A stretch of DNA of 53,989 bases, filler included, from Sphacelaria rigidula (taxonomy: Eukaryota), in NCBI GenBank assembly GCA_964200075.2. It is 5 parts of 5 records of this genome, joined end to end, with 100 filler letters (N's around TTAATTAATTAA, not from the genome) between each part and the next. Parts side by side here need not be neighbours in the genome. Positions count along the whole stretch, not along the records: positions 43,274 to 53,989 come from CAXNAA020006034.1; 4 more parts are not named here. One strand, given 5' to 3'. Positions 50,370 to 53,989 of the stretch are shown here, one piece after another (the first letter of the stretch is position 1; each line of letters begins with the position of its first letter). The notes under the pieces were generated by a model, which was not told the origin of the DNA, did no database searches, and saw only the letters and a list, made by a program, of their open reading frames with translations. Both the position numbers and the translations under genes were made by a program.

Positions 50370-51300
50370 TTGTAGTGCTGTATTATTATTACTGTTTGTA
50401 AACTTTGCTTACAGCGACCGTGTGCTTGCTGAGTGGAAGGGTGAGGTGACTCTTAGAGTATTTGCAGCTACTGTATTTGTTGTAGCGCTGTATTACTCTA
50501 CCGCTTGAAAACTTTGCTTACAGCGACCGTGTGCTAGCTGAGTGGAAGGGTGAGGTGACTCTTGGACTATCAACAACTCGTGGAGTCAAGGATTGGTGAC
50601 GAAATCGTGCGTTGTACGCCGATTTGAAAAACTCGGACAGGCTGCAGTCCGCTGTTATACTGTCGTGACTCGTGCTCTAATAAAAAAAATAGTGAAGGTC
50701 GACGGATCACCAGGGACGGGACGGTCGATTGAGATGAATATACGAAGAGGTCCTCCTGAGAGGCGAGCATAGACCACTACAACGATCGTGTGCTTACTGA
50801 GTGGACGGATAAGTTGACCCTGGGACCTTTCACAGCTTGTTTAGTCGAGGATTGACGGCGAAATCGTGCGTTGCATGCCAATTTCAAAAGTCAGACCGGC
50901 AGTCCGCTATTATACTGTAATTATTGTAGTGCTCTATTACTCTGATGTGTAAGCTTTGCTCCGCTATTATACTATCATCTATCATCAAAATATATTATGG
51001 TACTCCATTACTCTACTGTAAAATTATTCTGTCTAGTCTGTAAACTCTGCTTACAGCACCGGGTGCTGGCTGAGTGGAGGGATGAGGTGACTCTTGGACT
51101 ATTTACAGCTACTGTAATTATTGTAGAGCCGTATTTCTCTACTGTCTGTAAACTTTGCTTACAGCGACGGTCTGCTGACTGAGTGGAGGGATGAGGTGGC
51201 TCTTGGACTATTTACAGCTCGTTCAGTTGATGGTTGGTGACGAAATCGTGCGTTTGCATGCCGATTTAAAAATTCGGACCAGCTGCAGTGCGTCATCATA
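50370..51300 (+). repeat. Degenerate composite tandem repeat made of two interleaved modules
   Basis: Module A (aaactttgcttacagcgaccgtgtgct.gctgagtgga.gg.tgaggtgactcttggacta) near 50400, 50510, 50785, 51040 and 51150. Module B (ttggtgacgaaatcgtgcgtt..gccgattt.aaa) near 50592, 50851 and 51234. Confidence 0.85.
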
Positions 51301-53884
51301 CTTTGGTGACTCTAGCGCCCCACCTCGTACTGGTCTGTTGTCTCTTGTACATCTTTCACCACTCAGTACTTCACCATTGTCTATCCCGTCTCCCGTCATG
51401 AACTCTCCTCTCTCAGTGCTCTCGCCGTACTGCCGTACCACTGATCACCCAATCCCACAAGGGACACAAGGAAGCCGGTAAACTACTCTTGTGCTGTAGC
51501 TTGCCTCACCGTATCGACTGTTCTGCGATGCGGGCGTGAAGCTAACAACATGACAAGCCTCCTTTCTTCGTTCGTCGCTAGCTGCCGTTTTGACACCCCA
51601 CTCTATAACTCCACACGGGAGCAACCATCCCCGACAGTAGATGACAGCGTTTGACAGCAGCGCACCAAGCTTTTTCGTCACATTGTCGGGGATATAGTTC
51701 TTGTGTATCAGCGCACATTGCACTGCGTTCTACTGCATCTTACCAGCGCACATAGGTCGGACCCCCATTGCCCAATGGGTGCCCCGGCCTGTTAAGTGGC
51801 GGTGGTTCGTAACGCTGACAAAAAACACTGGATTGCTGTGTATGGATGCAGTGAGAAGTATCGGTAGACTCCAGAATACGGGGTTTTGAGATTCGTTGAG
51901 TACGCAAACAACTTGACCCTCAGGTACTGGTCATCTTTTGGTCTGCTTCTGCGGGGTGATTGAGAAGAGTGACACCTTTCCCCGCCACAGTCAAAGCGTG
52001 TTGTAGAAATGTTGTAGAAAATTGTCATTCTTACTTGGGTTGAGTGTATTTGAACGTCACTGCGATACCAACTCAAGCACGGAGCGGAGAGACATTAACG
52101 ATAATACTGTATTGATAATAGTAGCAGTAATAATAGAAAGTAAGATAATGCAATTGCAAACTTTCCAAACTTTGCACACATGTACCGTGGGATATTACGA
52201 GACGTTTCATCAATGAAGTCTTCCTATTGTCCTTCTTTTCGCCACTTATCCGGGGTCTCAGTAGGGCGTATGATCCCACGACCCCCGACAACTGGTGAAG
52301 AAAAATCGAAAGACCACATCCATTAAAAAGTCCCAATAATGCTCCATAGTATCTATGCGCGACGTGTCGGGGTCCAACTCTAGGAATAAGCGTAAACAAT
52401 TGCGGACGAACGAATTTTGGGTGGTAAGCATGATCCTGCTCGTGGACACAACAAACACCCTCAAGTGCAGCAAAATCCCACCTGTCCTGTCCGCGAAGCC
52501 GCTCCCGGCACAACCCTCCGCGTATCTTCCTTGGGCGCCTCCTTAGGCGCCATGGTATTTCTCCAGGCGCTGGCAGGGTTACGAACTTGCCTATCCCACT
52601 TACGATACACCCCAGACATGGTATGTGTCGTGGCAATGTAGCCCACTTCCCCCTGTCCCAGCTTCCGGCATACACCCCTGCATGAAAATTCCCAGTTGGT
52701 CATGATAGGGCACAGGCGCACAGCTATGGGGTGGGCCAGGTGCCTGAGGGTTTTGCACTGTTGGTCATACTCCAAAGGTGAATGCTGGATGATCGTCCCC
52801 TAAAACTGAATAGCTCTTCCGTACTGAAATCAACGATTTTTCCCAGCAAGAATTCCCCATCGCCTCCTTCCTTCTGCGCCCTCGACCACTTCGTGCAAAA
52901 AGTTGTTGACTGGGTTGATTTGACGAGAGTTGACGCGGCACGGGAGTGCTGATAGTCATGACCCAATCCACGAGACCAAAATGCAAAGCGCGTACCGGTG
53001 AGAGATGGCTTGGTTGATCTCTTGAGACCGCGGACTCGCCCGGAAGAAGGGGACGGGCTAAGGATGTAAGTGTGACGGCAGAAAAAAATGTGTACGAGCG
53101 TGTTACGCCTGCGCGGCACGCTTTTCCTGCATGAACAGAAAACACTACTGTAAAGTTCGTTCTTGGTTGCTGGGCGCTTGATAGTTCCGCCCTGCGCTGA
53201 TGTCACTGGTCTCAGCACTACCGGATATTGAAAATAGATACAGGGATAATTGACACTGCGATCATGTACGAGCTGGGCCAGCCAAGAGTAGGTGCGAATC
53301 TCGCTCAGGCGACGCACGGCGCGATATTAGGAGTTGGACGCTGAAAGTTTGACAGCAGCTCTTCATTATCGAAATGCAGAAGATCACGGGATCAGCAAAA
53401 AAAAAACAAGAAAAGAAGACGTTATGGGCATTTGAAATTTCAGCAAAAACAAAATATTGCCATAAGACCACGAGAAAAAGGAGAATCTGCAGCTGGACGT
53501 GAAGTATCACTTCCTTGGGTGCAGAAGGTTTTCCTGAAATTTCAGCTCAAAACTCGTCGAATTGGGCCATGCGTTCAACCTTTTCCGTGACGCTGCTGCA
53601 CCCCTATTAGTCAGGTGATGGGAGACTCCAATTATGAAGGGCATGAGTTCGAATCCCGACAGATCCTCTTTTTTTTGGTCCGTCGTTCAGGTCATACACT
53701 GTGCAGTGCATTTTTTCTTCTTTTTTTTCACTCAGCGGCGGTGCCGTATGTCACCAGGTTGGTCTGTACTTCACAGTGATATGCTTACATCGGGTTCATT
53801 CGGGAAACTACGGGTGGGGTCCAAAAGGTGTGTCTGCGTGGTCACAGGTCTTCGAGAACATGAAAATGGTGAGCGCGCGCGCGC

Positions 53885-53959
53885 GGGGGGGGGGTGTACT
53901 CATGATCATGCTTGCCATAGTCATCAGACCATTGACCGCGGGGGGGGGGGGGGGGGGAG
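53885..53959 (-). mobile_element. ~45-nt SINE-like 3'-tail fragment embedded between two poly-G runs
   Basis: G10-tgtactcatgatcatgcttgccatagtcatcagaccattgaccgc-G18. Confidence 0.82.
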
Positions 53960-53989
53960 TTGGACCAAACAACGGTCAAAACCCGGGCA

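Noticed and set aside
52073..53317. Overlapping minus-strand ORFs as 5' exons of the UIM-like gene
   Set aside because: Reading frame is ambiguous, and there is no clean phase chain through the 50370-51300 repeat and the broken 49000-50230 region.

Overview
This is not one locus. It is five unrelated eukaryotic contigs joined by four artificial 100-nt N44-TTAATTAATTAA-N44 spacers: 1-10720, 10821-21539, 21640-32356, 32457-43173 and 43274-53989 (lengths 10720, 10719, 10717, 10717, 10716, i.e. size-sorted). The DNA is intron-rich and transposon-rich. It is most likely from a brown alga or other stramenopile, inferred from gene structure, a bipartite-targeting-like N-terminus and repeat style. 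Most ORFs in the supplied track are spurious. Spliced genes reconstructed by hand: two ATM kinase-domain exons (minus strand, probable GC-AG donor); the last three exons of ribosome-biogenesis factor BRX1 (minus); a probable first exon of a plastid- or ER-targeted protein (minus); and a seven-exon unknown gene with two UIM-like motifs (minus, contig 5). Mobile DNA includes two decayed copies and several tail fragments of one non-LTR (LINE) family, a non-coding SINE-like family sharing its 3' end, a decayed Ty3/Gypsy integrase region, several MITEs/foldbacks and tandem arrays. The most interesting signal is the LINE/SINE-like pair: nearly every copy ends at, and several are flanked on both sides by, G/C runs, suggesting G-tract-targeted retrotransposition. 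No prokaryotic system or CRISPR array is present.
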